Below are positions 23,254 to 34,544 of a stretch of 64,000 nucleotides of DNA, one piece after another; position 1 is the first letter of the stretch; the number at the start of each line of letters is the position of its first letter. Position numbers and translations under genes: made by a program. The stretch spans positions 558,001 through 622,000 of the forward strand of contig NW_024704751.1 of assembly GCF_018977255.1 (NCBI RefSeq). Reading direction: 5' to 3'. This DNA is from Callorhinchus milii. Taxonomy: Eukaryota. The notes under the pieces were generated by a model. That model was given only the letters and a program-made list of their open reading frames with translations. It was not told the origin of the DNA and made no database searches.

Positions 23254-26200
23254 CTAGCCCCCGAGACGCTGTCCTTCCCCCCAGTTAAAGCCCCCGGGCC
23301 GATCTTCAGGCAGCGGATTGTAGTTCGGATCCTCGTCAGGAGTATCAAACACGGCTTTCCTGGGGAAAGGCAAAATCGGTATGAACATCACTGTTAAAGC
23401 AACAAAAACTTCACTTATATAGCGTCCTCCATGCAGGGTAGCATCTCAGAGAGCTTAACAGTGGCGGAGTCTGACTCCGAGCCGAGGGGAGGGGGGAGGT
23501 GGCTGTAAGCATGGTCGAACAGGAAATTCTTCAGGCGGGACTTGAAAGAAGAGAGAGGGCAAGGGAGAGGGATTGAGGAAGAGTGTTCCAGAGTTTTGGA
23601 GAGTAGTGGCAAGACCTAAGTCGGTGGGGCAGAGAGTGCGAGGGACGAGCAGGAGGTCGGTGCTGGTCGAGCAGAGCTGCCGGGTGGTGGATTGGGGAGT
23701 GAGGAGGTCGGAGAGGTAGGGAGGTGCCAGGGAGTGAAGGGATTTGAACACGAGTGTGAGGATCTTGAAGTCGATCCGTTCGGTGATAGGGGGCCAGTGG
23801 AACCTGGGCCAGAACTGGTGAGATGTGGGTACAGAGTTTGAATGAGCTGGATCTTGTGAATGGTGGAACTGGGGAGACCGGCGAGAGGTGCATTGGAGTA
23901 ATCCAAGCAGGAGGTGACAAATGTATGCATGAGGGTTTCGGCTGCATTTGGGATAAAGGTAAAGGAGGCGGACAATGTTGCAGAGGCAGAAGAAAGCGGT
24001 CCCGGATGTGGGGGAGGAAGGACAGTTGGGTGTCGAAGCCTAGGTTGCACACTGGTTCGATGAGTCTGACGGAGAGCCCAGGGAGGTTGAGGAATTTAGA
24101 TCCACAGGAGTGAAGAAGTTGACGAGACCCAAGGAGTATGGCTTCTGTCTTGTCCATATTCAGTTGCAGGAAGTTTACACTCATCCAGACCTTGATGTCT
24201 GCCAGACAAGCTGATAGAACATCAGCGGACCTGGAGTTGGTACTATCTTGGTACAAACATGCCACAGAGATTCAAGAACACAGGTGACGGGTTTACAGCG
24301 CCTTTCACGTCAGCAGTTCGTGTCCAAGGAGAAAACTTACAAAATCCCCGGAGTTCTGAGCAGCCTTCCTCCTCCAGGTTGGTTTGGAAAGACATCTTCC
24401 AAAAAGTAATATATATGGCCGACAGCAATCCCTACAAATCAAAGGGAAGCACAGGTAAGCCACAGATACAGACATGGAGCGCGACAGAGAGATGGGACAA
24501 GTTAAAGAGAGGGAGAAAGGGGACAAGGTAAAGAGAGGGAGAGAGGGGACACAGCAGTGAGAGAGAGAGAGAGAGAGAGAGAGTTGACGTGTATTCTTAC
24601 CCAACAAATCCACAATGATGGAATTGCCCAGTAAGAGGGAGAAGCCCATCAGCACCCAGGGCAGGAAGGGAGCCTGGAAGTTGAGAAGTCCAAAGAAATT
24701 CATCCTGACATATGGATTCCTCCTGCTCCATATGTACACCAACATTATAGTGAAGGCCTGACCCAGGAACACCAGATTCACAAACAGGCCGAAGATCTGG
24801 CACACCGTGAAGGAAGTCAATTGGAAAATGTGTCATATTTAGCCAACAGCCTGCAGCAGGCACACTGTACAGTTCCCAGGGGAGGGAGAGACCTATAGCA
24901 ACTAGAGTACCAGTCTGCAAACACTGCGTCCAGCTGTTTCTCTCTATGTATGTGAGTGGGGGAGGTTAAGCTGCCTTCATCCACATCATTTATGGCAGTC
25001 TCGTTTTCAATCTGCAGCGAACTGCTGACGTTCACTCCTCCTCCCTTTCCGTTAGAACTTTTTTTCCCCGTTCAATTTGTTTACAATGCATGAGTTCTCA
25101 CGCCAGACCCTCATCAGGGTCTCCACATCTGCCAACCCAATCCATTCCCACCGTCTTGCTCGCTTCCTCACCAGAATCTTCCTCTTTTTCAAGCACTTAA
25201 TTCCATTTAAAACAACTGATGGAATCTTCCTCAACTACAGTTTGTGACAGCAAATTCCATATTCCAACCACCCTCCATAGACATTTTTCCTAACATTTAA
25301 TTCCCTTTCTGATTTGAACCTTAAGGATACGGTCATTAAAAATCCACCAAAGAGAAACATAAAGACAAAGTCTGCTGTTCGGCCTCTGAAGGATCCTTCT
25401 TCAAGCATTCGACAGTACCTGTACCTGTGGTTTATTGGTTAAGGAAAAGGATGGCAAAATATTGACAAAAAAGCATTTCAAATAAAAATACAGCGAGCAG
25501 AAGATCATTAGAAAACTTCCAAATACAGACACGCTGAAAGCTACTTAAGATAAGCAGGCAGATTCACCAACTTAGACCTGTTGGGCCGAATGGCCTGTTT
25601 CTGTACTGTATATTCTAATGTATTCTAAGATAGCTAACCAGATAAACGTGCACGGTCTATCTGACCATTCCCAACTCTTTCCTTTCTCACTCAGCCAGCC
25701 CTTTCGCTGTGAAAAACAGCAATCGAATTCTCTCTAAATCCTTATCTCACAGGCCTCAGAGTAAACTGTTCCACGCATCAGCCACTCTCTATGTAACACT
25801 GCTGAACCTCAGTCTATTCTCTTAATACACTCCCAATGTATTCACATTACCCAATGTACCAGTTATAAAACATTTCAAATCCTCCTAAAGAGAACATCAC
25901 CTGGGAGATTGTGATCAGGACAGACAAATCGTCAATTGTTTTTTCACGATTACCAAAACTGGAAACCCAGAGATCTAGTCAGCTGCAACCATCTGACATC
26001 AATTTCATTTAAAATTAAAATAATAACTTGCAGTTTTAAGCCACTGGCCAGTCATCAACTGTCAAAGGATACAAGAAAATCATATTAAATAAAAAGTTAA
26101 ATCCCACTGTGCCAAAAAATAGGAAATTTGTGATTAACCTCCATACCTAAGGAAAAAAAACAGATTCATGTTACACACAGTTGATACCAGAGAACATTAG

Positions 26201-27737
26201 ACTACAGGTTGTTCCTTCCCACAAGAAATGTCTTAGGTCCCCAGCATTTAATATTATATTGAGTCGTCAGGATACAAGGGATCAGCCACAACCCTGGACG
26301 TCAGGCACAGATGTGGAGCTGGTAAAGAGAGGTACTAAGTACACAAACCAAAAGTCGTACTTACTTGATAGTGCTTAAATATTAATTCTGGATTGAAGTA
26401 CAACTGGAAGGGGGTGATGATTTCTAATTGCTGAAAGCGACAGAAAAGAGTTACTGTTAGGGTAGCTAAAGAGTGGCAATGTGAAGTCTGATCCAACATA
26501 CAGCTCCTCACTTAGATTAAGCAGCAAGCGTCACAGCACACACCACTGATCCCGGGACAGGAACATTCTGTCTCTTCTGGCATGTTATTAAGCAGGCAGA
26601 TCTTAAACATACCTTAAGAGTCAGTTGCAAGAGTATTGGGAAAAGCAGGTAAACAGGACTGAGGGGAGCTGGCACTGATACCTTGGGCCAAATGGCCTTC
26701 TGTGCTTTAATTTCTATGGTTCTATCATTATTTTTTATTTTTTGGCCACATCCCTTAATAACCTTACCTACCAAGGATCTATTCAACTCGTTTTTAAACA
26801 TCCCAATCTAAGATGAGGAGCAAAAGTGTCTAACTAACAGCCAGGAGGTCAAAACAAAAGAAGGAACAAGCAGGCATATAGTTACTTGTCGCGGCAAGAA
26901 TACTGGTACAGTACATAAGAAATGGTAGGTGAAAAAAAAACAAGGAGCATCTAGTTTTCCTTCCACCTTCTTGGCGGTAGTAACAATTCCTACTTTCAGT
27001 AACTGTCAAAGTAGTGACTGTTTTTGCAGTTCACCTGATGTACAAATATTTGTCATCTCAACTTGGAAGAGTGAGTGTGTTTGTGTGTATGTGCGTGTGA
27101 GAGAGGGGGAAATGCCTATAACAAGCCTTGCATTTGATATAGCACCTTATCATGTCGTTGAGACATCTCAAAGGGTTTCACAGGATATATTGTAAAGTGT
27201 AGTGACTGTATATTTTGTGGGCAAAAAAAACAGCAGCCAATTGCGCACAGCAGCGTCCACAAACAGTCTTGGATTGAGTGACCAATTTATTATTATTTTT
27301 GAAGGGAATACTACCCTTCAAGAAAGCGACCGCCAAATCAGCTAACAACCAGGTTCCTATTTACGGCTCCGCACACAGGGGCGTGTGCGCGGAGTAAGGA
27401 AACTTGCCCAATGTTTTGCTCTGACCGGGAATCGAACTCAGGTCCTCTCGCTTGCGAGGCGAGTGCTCTAACCCCACTCAGCTACAGGACTCCGCCTTGG
27501 GGTTCCCGGGGCTGTGCCTGGGGTTATCGGCGGCTCTAGTGAAGGGCAACAGCTGGCGGAGCCCCGAGGCCGGCGGCAGAGGCTGACCTTCACCCCGGAT
27601 ACCCTGCCTGTAGTCAGGCCACTAGCGGAGAGTCGGGGCCTTACCACGGCGGCGGTGGTGAGGACGCAGGCGGTGGTGTAGGCCCTCGTCACCACCGGGA
27701 TCTGCAGGTATTCCTGCTGCAACGTCTGGTACGCCAT
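23254..27737 (-). CDS. DERL2: Derlin-2 (ERAD), 7 exons, 239 aa
   Basis: Exons 27737-27645, 26430-26365, 26146-26073, 25424-25331, 24796-24601, 24431-24341 and 23359-23254. Total 720 nt; [20 protein letters not shown]...[11 protein letters not shown]...[12 protein letters not shown]. Head-to-head with MIS12 as in mammals. Confidence 0.97.
23400..24270 (-). mobile_element. L2-clade LINE 3' fragment (DERL2 intron 6)
   Basis: [30 protein letters not shown] and [19 protein letters not shown], frameshifted. Confidence 0.88.
27118..27493 (-). mobile_element. tRNA-derived SINE (DERL2 intron 1)
   Basis: Full head GGAGTCCTGTAGCTGAGTGG...GTTCGATTCC on minus, with body and tail. Confidence 0.85.
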
Positions 27738-28200
27738 CTTCCCGCCCGGTCTCTACAAACTCACTGCGCCTGCGCCGCACCGGACCCTCCCGGCTCACTG
27801 CACCTGCGCCGCACAGGCCCAGCTATCCGGCGTTGATTGGCCACCTGGCCCGCGAGGGGGACGGGCCACGCACTAAATCCCATAGCTGATTGGACAGCGG
27901 GCCCGTCAATCCTCCCGCCAGCCACGGCGTGCGCAGCGCACAAAAAGCGTGTGTGTGGTCTTCGCTGATTCGTCAGACACCGCCGTGTGGCGGTGGGACG
28001 CGCTGATTGGTCGAGATGCGCGATCACTCAATCAATCAATCAAATGCTGGGCGGGTCACGTCACGGGCTGGCCGGTCTGCACATGCGCAAGCGGAAGGCG
28101 GGAGTGGTTGTGACAGTTGGCGGCCTCTCAGCCGAGATCCCGAGGCAGGTGAGCGGGGCGCCTCGGGCCTGCACTGTTGCTAGGCAACGGGCTGAGGGCC
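27738..28200. promoter_or_regulatory. DERL2/MIS12 bidirectional CpG island promoter
   Basis: About 400 bp between divergent first exons. GATTGG (CCAAT) near 27835, 27888 and 28005; duplicated NRF1-like CTCACTGCRCCTGCGCCGCAC at about 27760 and 27794; RFX-type GTTGCTAGGCAAC at 28176-28188. Confidence 0.8.
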
Positions 28201-28705
28201 TACCCTCTGTAGGCATCGAACTCTGTGGCGGTCTCTGGTCCGGTTCTTGAGCCAAGAGGGGCCGCTGCTGATGACAGCACAGCCCGGCTCATCGGCAGGA
28301 CTTGGAGGGACCGACCAGTCACTGGGGGCAGGGAATCCTTCCCCTCAGCTCCTGTTAACCCCGCAGCCAAAGCCCTAAAGGGTTAGGTGGTCCCTAGCTG
28401 GCCAAACCGCGCTTTCAATGGCAAGCTATGTGTGTTTAGCAGGTTAGCCTCCAGCAGTTACCCCAACGCACGCTCTGGGCTCCCCCCATGTCTTGGCTGT
28501 TGCCAACCAGCGCCTAATACTTTCCAGAATTAGGTAAAACCTGTTGCATCCGTCCGGGGAGAGAAATAGAGACACGGGAAAATTCCCATCGTTTACTGAA
28601 CTAATCCAAATTTACCCCCAAATATCCTACTCCAATTTTATTCAGCGTTTTGATCTATTTGTAATTCTTTTTTAAACAGATTTTAAAAATCCAATTGAGT
28701 TAAAG

Positions 28706-29389
28706 ATGGAGGACATCCTGATGATGTATGAGACTCAGTTTTTTGGGTTCTCGCCACAAACCTGTGTCCTTCGGGTGCAATGTGCCATCCAGGACTCTCT
28801 CCTCGATGTGATGCTGGTGGCCGAACAAGTTGTTATCAGGAAGCTGGATGAGCTGCCAGACTGCGGCATCACACCGTCAAGTGTCCGCGCCTGCACCAAA
28901 ACTTTCCTGCAGGTGATCAAGAGCCGTTTTGATGTTACCTTTGAAAAGCTGGAGCGCGGTCTCCTGCAGCACATTCTGAAAATTCCTGCAAACGTTCTGC
29001 TCCCAGAAGACAAAGTTCATGAACAGTACCCTGAGGAACAGTATAGTGAGCTACAAGAAGAGATCGCTCAACTCCAGCAGTGCTACAAGGCAGAGCTCAG
29101 CGGCAAACAGGCCCTTCTGGACGAGCAGGAAGAGCAGAAGATGGTAGAGCTTAAATTGGAACAGAGGATTCATTGGTTTGACGGACTGAAGAATATGTGG
29201 AAGGATAACATGATCCGTGACGTGCATGAGAGCCTGATCTTCATCGAGCAGTCGGTCCAAAAGGTCCCGGATGCTCTGAAGAAAATCATAGCTCAGTGCG
29301 AAGGTGAGCTGAGCAAGTCGCAGGCTGTGGCTACCAGCAAACAAGAAGATGAGTGTGAGACCAAACGAAAACGGTTAAAGATCGAATGA
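28706..29389 (+). CDS. MIS12: Kinetochore protein Mis12, single coding exon, 227 aa
   Basis: ORF begins MMYETQFFGFSPQTC and contains LKIPANVLLPEDKVH (Mis12 family). Non-coding exon 1 donor CAG|GTGAGC at 28148/28149; acceptor TTTTTAAACAG ending at 28679. Confidence 0.95.
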   Translation: MEDILMMYETQFFGFSPQTCVLRVQCAIQDSLLDVMLVAEQVVIRKLDELPDCGITPSSVRACTKTFLQVIKSRFDVTFEKLERGLLQHILKIPANVLLPEDKVHEQYPEEQYSELQEEIAQLQQCYKAELSGKQALLDEQEEQKMVELKLEQRIHWFDGLKNMWKDNMIRDVHESLIFIEQSVQKVPDALKKIIAQCEGELSKSQAVATSKQEDECETKRKRLKIE

Positions 29390-31488
29390 TTGGAGACTGA
29401 GCATTGCAGTAAGTAGGTTTAGAGAATGGACTTTTCACTTCTGGAATCTGAGTTGAACTAAGATCCAAAGCTGGCGAGGGTTCCCTCACAGAATTGTGCT
29501 TGAAACTAGCTCGGCCAATCTCTATCACATTTCTTGTTGATTGCGAGACCTCAGCGCAGACCCACTCGACATCTGCTACAAGATTGATATGCTCTTCGGG
29601 GTGGGATGAAATGGAAATTATGGCACTGGTGAAGTAATGAGGTGCTCCCTTGGTGTACATGCAGGTAGCAGAGAAGCATCACTTACCAATACGACGGCTT
29701 GACACTGGATGTTCCATTTCCTGACACTGACATCCTTTACTGTGATGAGCAAAACAACAGAAATCCCACCACAACCGAGATTGTTTTACTACCTGTTGGT
29801 TAGCGAGAGTTACTGCTGCACAACATTTGGTGCTGATAGAGACCAATGTGTTTTCCTTACTTCTCTCGCTACGAAAGGCCCAGCACACATGCCAATATTC
29901 CAAATAAGCTTTTATTTTTTCACTCAGAATTTATAATCTAGCATTTGTAAAACAATCCTCAAAAAATGTTTGCTTTAATGCATTTTGTTTTTTACAGGCC
30001 CGTGTTCATATGAAAGCTGTTTGTGTGTGTGTGTTTATAGGATGGAACAATTATTAAAAAAAATGGTAAAATCCCATGTTGACTATTTCATTTGTCAGGC
30101 TGTCATCATAGGCAGCTGGTGGTTTGTGTGTCTCCTGCCTCAATACTCCATTTCCACACAACCAATATTCTATTTCACTGGCGGGGCAGATGTGTGGCGA
30201 TGTATCTGTATAATGAGCATGTGCAGTGTAGGTGACTCAGGGGAGGGGGTGTCTGATTGATTGGCTCAGCACTATAAGGGCTGCAGGGAAGAATCACTGA
30301 GTTGGCTTCTAGTTCAGAGCTGTCAGTGGAGAACATCTGCCTTTTCGTACACAGTTTGATGCATGTCTCGGGAGAAAATAAATATAGAGCGCTTTTACGT
30401 TTGATTTCCACTGTTCCGCAGGTCCTGACCAAATGTTTCCTCCAGATGTTACCTTGAATTCTGTACTTTGCCTGTGTCTCCTTTGATTAAAATACCATCA
30501 CATGTTAGCACCACAATGATCTACTTCCACCACAGCAGAACATTTTATGTTCCTGTAACACACTGCTTTGTGCTTTTTTACTACAAAAGCTGGTATAAAA
30601 GTGAATACACTGTGACATAAATCACAACGTGGGGTTTTCATGGGCTGAATATTTCCCTCTTTATGGGTAGAATTCCCTTGAAGGCAACCTGGGTCAGTCA
30701 GCACATTGAGGTGTGGCAGGATTGTAATGGCTGAAGTTCTTTTGGGAAGGAAGCTTCGTTGGGGAGCCCTATAAATTGAAAAGAAGCAGGGAAACGATGA
30801 GAACAAGGTGGTCAATTAAATGGCAGGAAAAGGCCAAGTTCAGTTAATGGGTCATTATCACCAGGGAGAGCTAATCCCTGCTGTACACACTCCCCACACC
30901 TGGCCTCAATCTCTAATTACAATTTACAGGAGAGCAGTTTATGGAATGTTTTGAAGAGAGGGTTAGCATTTAGACAATGAAGATGTCAATAATCAGGTGA
31001 TGATTGTCATCTCCCGGTCTATGCTCTTCTGTTTTAGGGGCTAAACACAAGACGGTAGCAGCCACTTAGATAACAAAGCAAGCCTACATGCACTCCAGAA
31101 AACAGTACAAATTGGCAGTAGAGCCAGTCCTAATATCAATGCATGTATACTGTGCACAGTAGGCTGGTAACACCGCACATGCACTGGGTCAGAAAGATAC
31201 CTACTCACTGGATGATTAAAGAATATGCAGAGTGAGCGGGAAATTGTGTGACTCGTGGAGAAATACTCCCCATGCACTCACATACCACTAAGTTATAGAC
31301 GGCTGGGCTGATTGTTTCTGTGCGAAACTTTCTACCATCCTAGAGTGAGAAATTATAAAATCTGGGGGAGGCCAAACCATAGAAACATTACTGCATTGCC
31401 TTCTCACTCCACCTAAACCCTCACTCTCTGGCTAATGATGTACAAGAACTGCATGTTCAACACACACTGGGAAAGGCCTCTCCCTCGC

Positions 31489-33475
31489 TCAGGTGATGAT
31501 TGACATCTCCTCCCGGTCTCTGCTCTCTGACAGGGAGCTAAGCACCGCTCCCAGGTACTGACGGAATTCCGTGCGCACTTCCTCTGGATCATCCTCCAGG
31601 TCAGAGTGGATCAGGTTGAGTTTGCTCAGCTGCTGGGCTGAGGAGAAAATGTAAAGTTGTTATTAATAAAAACATTGCGATGTGACATCACATTCCAAGA
31701 CATGCATGCTTCAAACAGGCTCTGGTCACCTCGGTAACCAGATCAGCATCAAAGGATTCCTCAAGGAACCTGCTGGCAGGGCGATGGGGAGACAGCGGGG
31801 CAGTTGGATTGATTTGGATAGTTCTTTTCAAAGAGCCGGCACAGACATGATGGGCTGAATGGTCTCCTTCTGTGCTCCTTCCAGTGCTTTGGGACGTCCT
31901 CCTGACGTGAAAGGTGCTGAACAAATCTAATTTTGTTGTTGTTGTATAATTCTATGATTCTATGATCTCTAACTGGGTTGTAAACAGGCTCCTCGCCAAG
32001 CGAGATTGCAGTAACATAAACGTGTTCCCTGTAAACTTACACAAACTAGGTTGCCCCTTGTCCGCCCCCGAACCCGGCTTGTGATGGGCGACGAGCAGGC
32101 ACTGGGAGTCCTGTAACCTCTGCTGGTGTACAAAGGAGGAATAGAAGGTCTCAATCTCCCTCAGGTGACTGGGAAGATCAGCATTGAACACAATAACCAC
32201 CCCGTTGGAATCCTTCATTAAAGCTGGCCAGCAGGTCTCAAACCTTCAGAGAGCAAGAGAGATTGAGAAAGAGTCTGTAATGATTATACTGACAGCAAAA
32301 CTCATCTCATTAACCACAGTCTGTACAAACCATGATGAACATACAGCCACAGGTCATTAAAAAAATGCAGTTCGACATCCAGCTGAAATGTTCTTGATTA
32401 AATATTCATCAAAGTGATATGTGGGTCAGTTCTGGAGGGAGAGAGGGAGGAGCAGTGAGCAGACAGACAGACACCGGTTAATTGACTGACTAGTTTTCTT
32501 ACTTCTGATCGCCAGAGCAGTCCCACAGCTCCACTTCACATCCAACACTTTTTCCATTCGCACTCACATTCGGGCACTCGAACTCCAGGATCCTAGAAAA
32601 CAATCCCTTCCAATTAAAGTTAACATTACAACCCTACTGGGTCATTCCCCATATATATATATATGGCTCTGTATAAATGTATTGTATTGTATCATGTAAA
32701 ATACACTGGCTCCAAGGTGACATGCCTGGCATCGAAATCGAGCTGGCCCTCTGTGGTGATCTCCAGTATAGTTACTGAGCCAGACGGGTCTGCAGTATTC
32801 CAGGGCACTGCTGATGACAGCACAGTCAACCTTGCTTATCGGCAGGACCTGGAAGGGCAGACCAGTCACTGGGGGCAGGAAATCTTCCCACGTAGCTTCT
32901 GTTAACCGTGCAGGCTAAATCCCTAACGGGTAGGGTGGTCCTAACTGGACAAGCAACAGGAAAGCTTGCCTGACATCAGTATCAATGGCAAGCTATGCAT
33001 TTTTAGCTGGTTAGAGAAATACACCAGAAACAAAAGCATATGTAGAATTGTCCCAGCTGGATAGAAACAGAGACGTGAAACATTGAAACATACGCTAGCA
33101 GCTGCCAAAACCACAGCAAAATATTAATCCTGTAGGAATGTGCCTTTAAACAAGGACTTAACCCCTCACTTACCGCACACCCTGAGTTGGGCTGTAATCG
33201 CCACCTATGGATTCAGTCGTGTCAGACAGAAAATTGGACAGAACGGTTTTTCCACTCTGTGGATAATAAACAAGGGAACATGAATAACAGACTGCTGTCC
33301 CCGCACAGAAACAGGCCACTCACCCCAGGCAGCCTGTTCTACTTCACCGTGAATCCTGTGAAGCGCTTTGAGATGTGGAAGGCGCCTTATGAATATTATA
33401 TAGGGATAATATTCCTGATTCTCATCTATCACTCACCTCTCTGGGCCCCACCAGCAATACTCGCACTTTGAACAT
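31489..33475 (-). CDS. IFT22: Intraflagellar transport protein 22 (RABL5), 5 coding exons, 187 aa
   Basis: Exons 33475-33437 (MFKVRVLLVGPRE), 33256-33174 (SGKT...YSPTQGVR), 32592-32503 (ELWDCSGD), 32243-32041 and 31637-31489 (SRDREEMSIIT-stop). Total 564 nt, with P-loop GPRESGKT. Confidence 0.96.
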
Positions 33476-33489
33476 CTGTACAGCCTAAT

Positions 33490-34510
33490 ATGTTTATAAT
33501 CTATACAGTCTGAGCTTCCTATAGCATAATGCACATTCTGTAGGTAATATGTAGTGTCTACAGTATAATACAAATAATGTCTATAACAATGTATACAGTG
33601 TTTGTTATATAGTGTGCACAGTGTCTATCTAATGTATAGGATGTCTATATAGTGTGTGTAGTGTATATAGTGTGTATAGTATGTGGTGTGTGTGTATATT
33701 GTGTATAATGTATAATTTGTGTGTATACGGTGTATGGGCTGTGTATATAATGTATAGAATGTGTACAGTGTATAATGTACGATGTATGGTATGTAATGTA
33801 CAGTTAGGGTTAGGGTTAAGTACTAAGTGTACAATGTATGGTATATAATGTACAGTGTATGGTATATAGTGTAAAGTGTACGGTATATAGTGTATAATGT
33901 AAAGTGTATAGTGTACAGTGTACGGTGTATAATGTACAGTATACGGTGTACACTGTATATAGCGTACGGTGTACAGTGAATATAGTGTACAGTGTATATA
34001 GTGTGTAGTATACGGTGTACAGTGTATATAGTGTACAGTGTATATAGTGTACGGTGTACAGTGTATGTAGTGTACGGTGTACAGTGTATATGGTGTACGG
34101 TGTACAGTCTATACAGTGTACAGTGTATATGGTGTACGGTGTACAGTGTATATGGTGTACAGTGTATATGGTGTACGGTGTACAGTGTGTGTAGTGTACG
34201 GTGTACAGTGTATATGGTGTACAGTGTGTGTAGTGTACGGTGTACAGTGTGTGTAGTGTACGGTGTACAGTGTATACAGTGTACAGTGTATATGGTGTAC
34301 AGTGTATATGGTGTACGGTGTACAGTGTATATGGTGTACAGTGTGTGTAGTGTACGGTGTACAGTGTGTGTAGTGTACGGTGTACAGTGTATACAGTGTA
34401 CAGTGTATATGGTGTACAGTGTATATGGTGTACGGTGTACAGTGTGTGTAGTGTACGGTGTACAGTGTGTGTAGTGTACGGTGTACAGTGTGTGTAGTGT
34501 ACGGTGTATA
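33490..34510. repeat. GTGTACA/GTGTACG/GTGTATATG complex satellite
   Basis: About 1 kb of 7-9-bp units between the IFT22 CpG island and its ATG exon. Confidence 0.95.
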
Positions 34511-34530
34511 GCGCTCGGGGCCGAGTCGCT

Positions 34531-34544
34531 GTTTCCCTGGTAAC
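34531..34544. promoter_or_regulatory. RFX X-box in the CpG island 5' of IFT22
   Basis: GTTTCCCTGGTAAC fits the 14-bp X-box consensus of ciliary gene promoters and lies in the CpG island at about 34505-34900. Confidence 0.75.

Noticed and set aside
23245-23256. DERL2 stop context TAG CAA CAA as a readthrough signal
   Set aside because: It matches neither CARYYA nor the vertebrate TGA CTAG motif, and there is no other support.
23531-24265. 244-aa ORF as a host gene
   Set aside because: It is a frameshifted L2 reverse-transcriptase C-terminal remnant inside DERL2 intron 6.
26268-26275. Extra U12-like donor GTATCCTG in DERL2 intron 2
   Set aside because: It is a single imperfect copy with no matching U12 branch site before exon 3; intron 2 has a normal GTAAGT donor.
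30180-30382. Promoter- or LTR-like motif string (GC box, TGACTCA, ATTGG, TATAA, AATAAA) in the MIS12 3' region
   Set aside because: CCAAT-TATA spacing is only about 10 bp, and I found no LTR termini or second copy; short motifs like these are expected by chance.
33803-33820. TTAGGG repeats (also near 34812 and in the 70-bp unit)
   Set aside because: Only 1-2 full units at each place, too short to call interstitial telomeric sequence.
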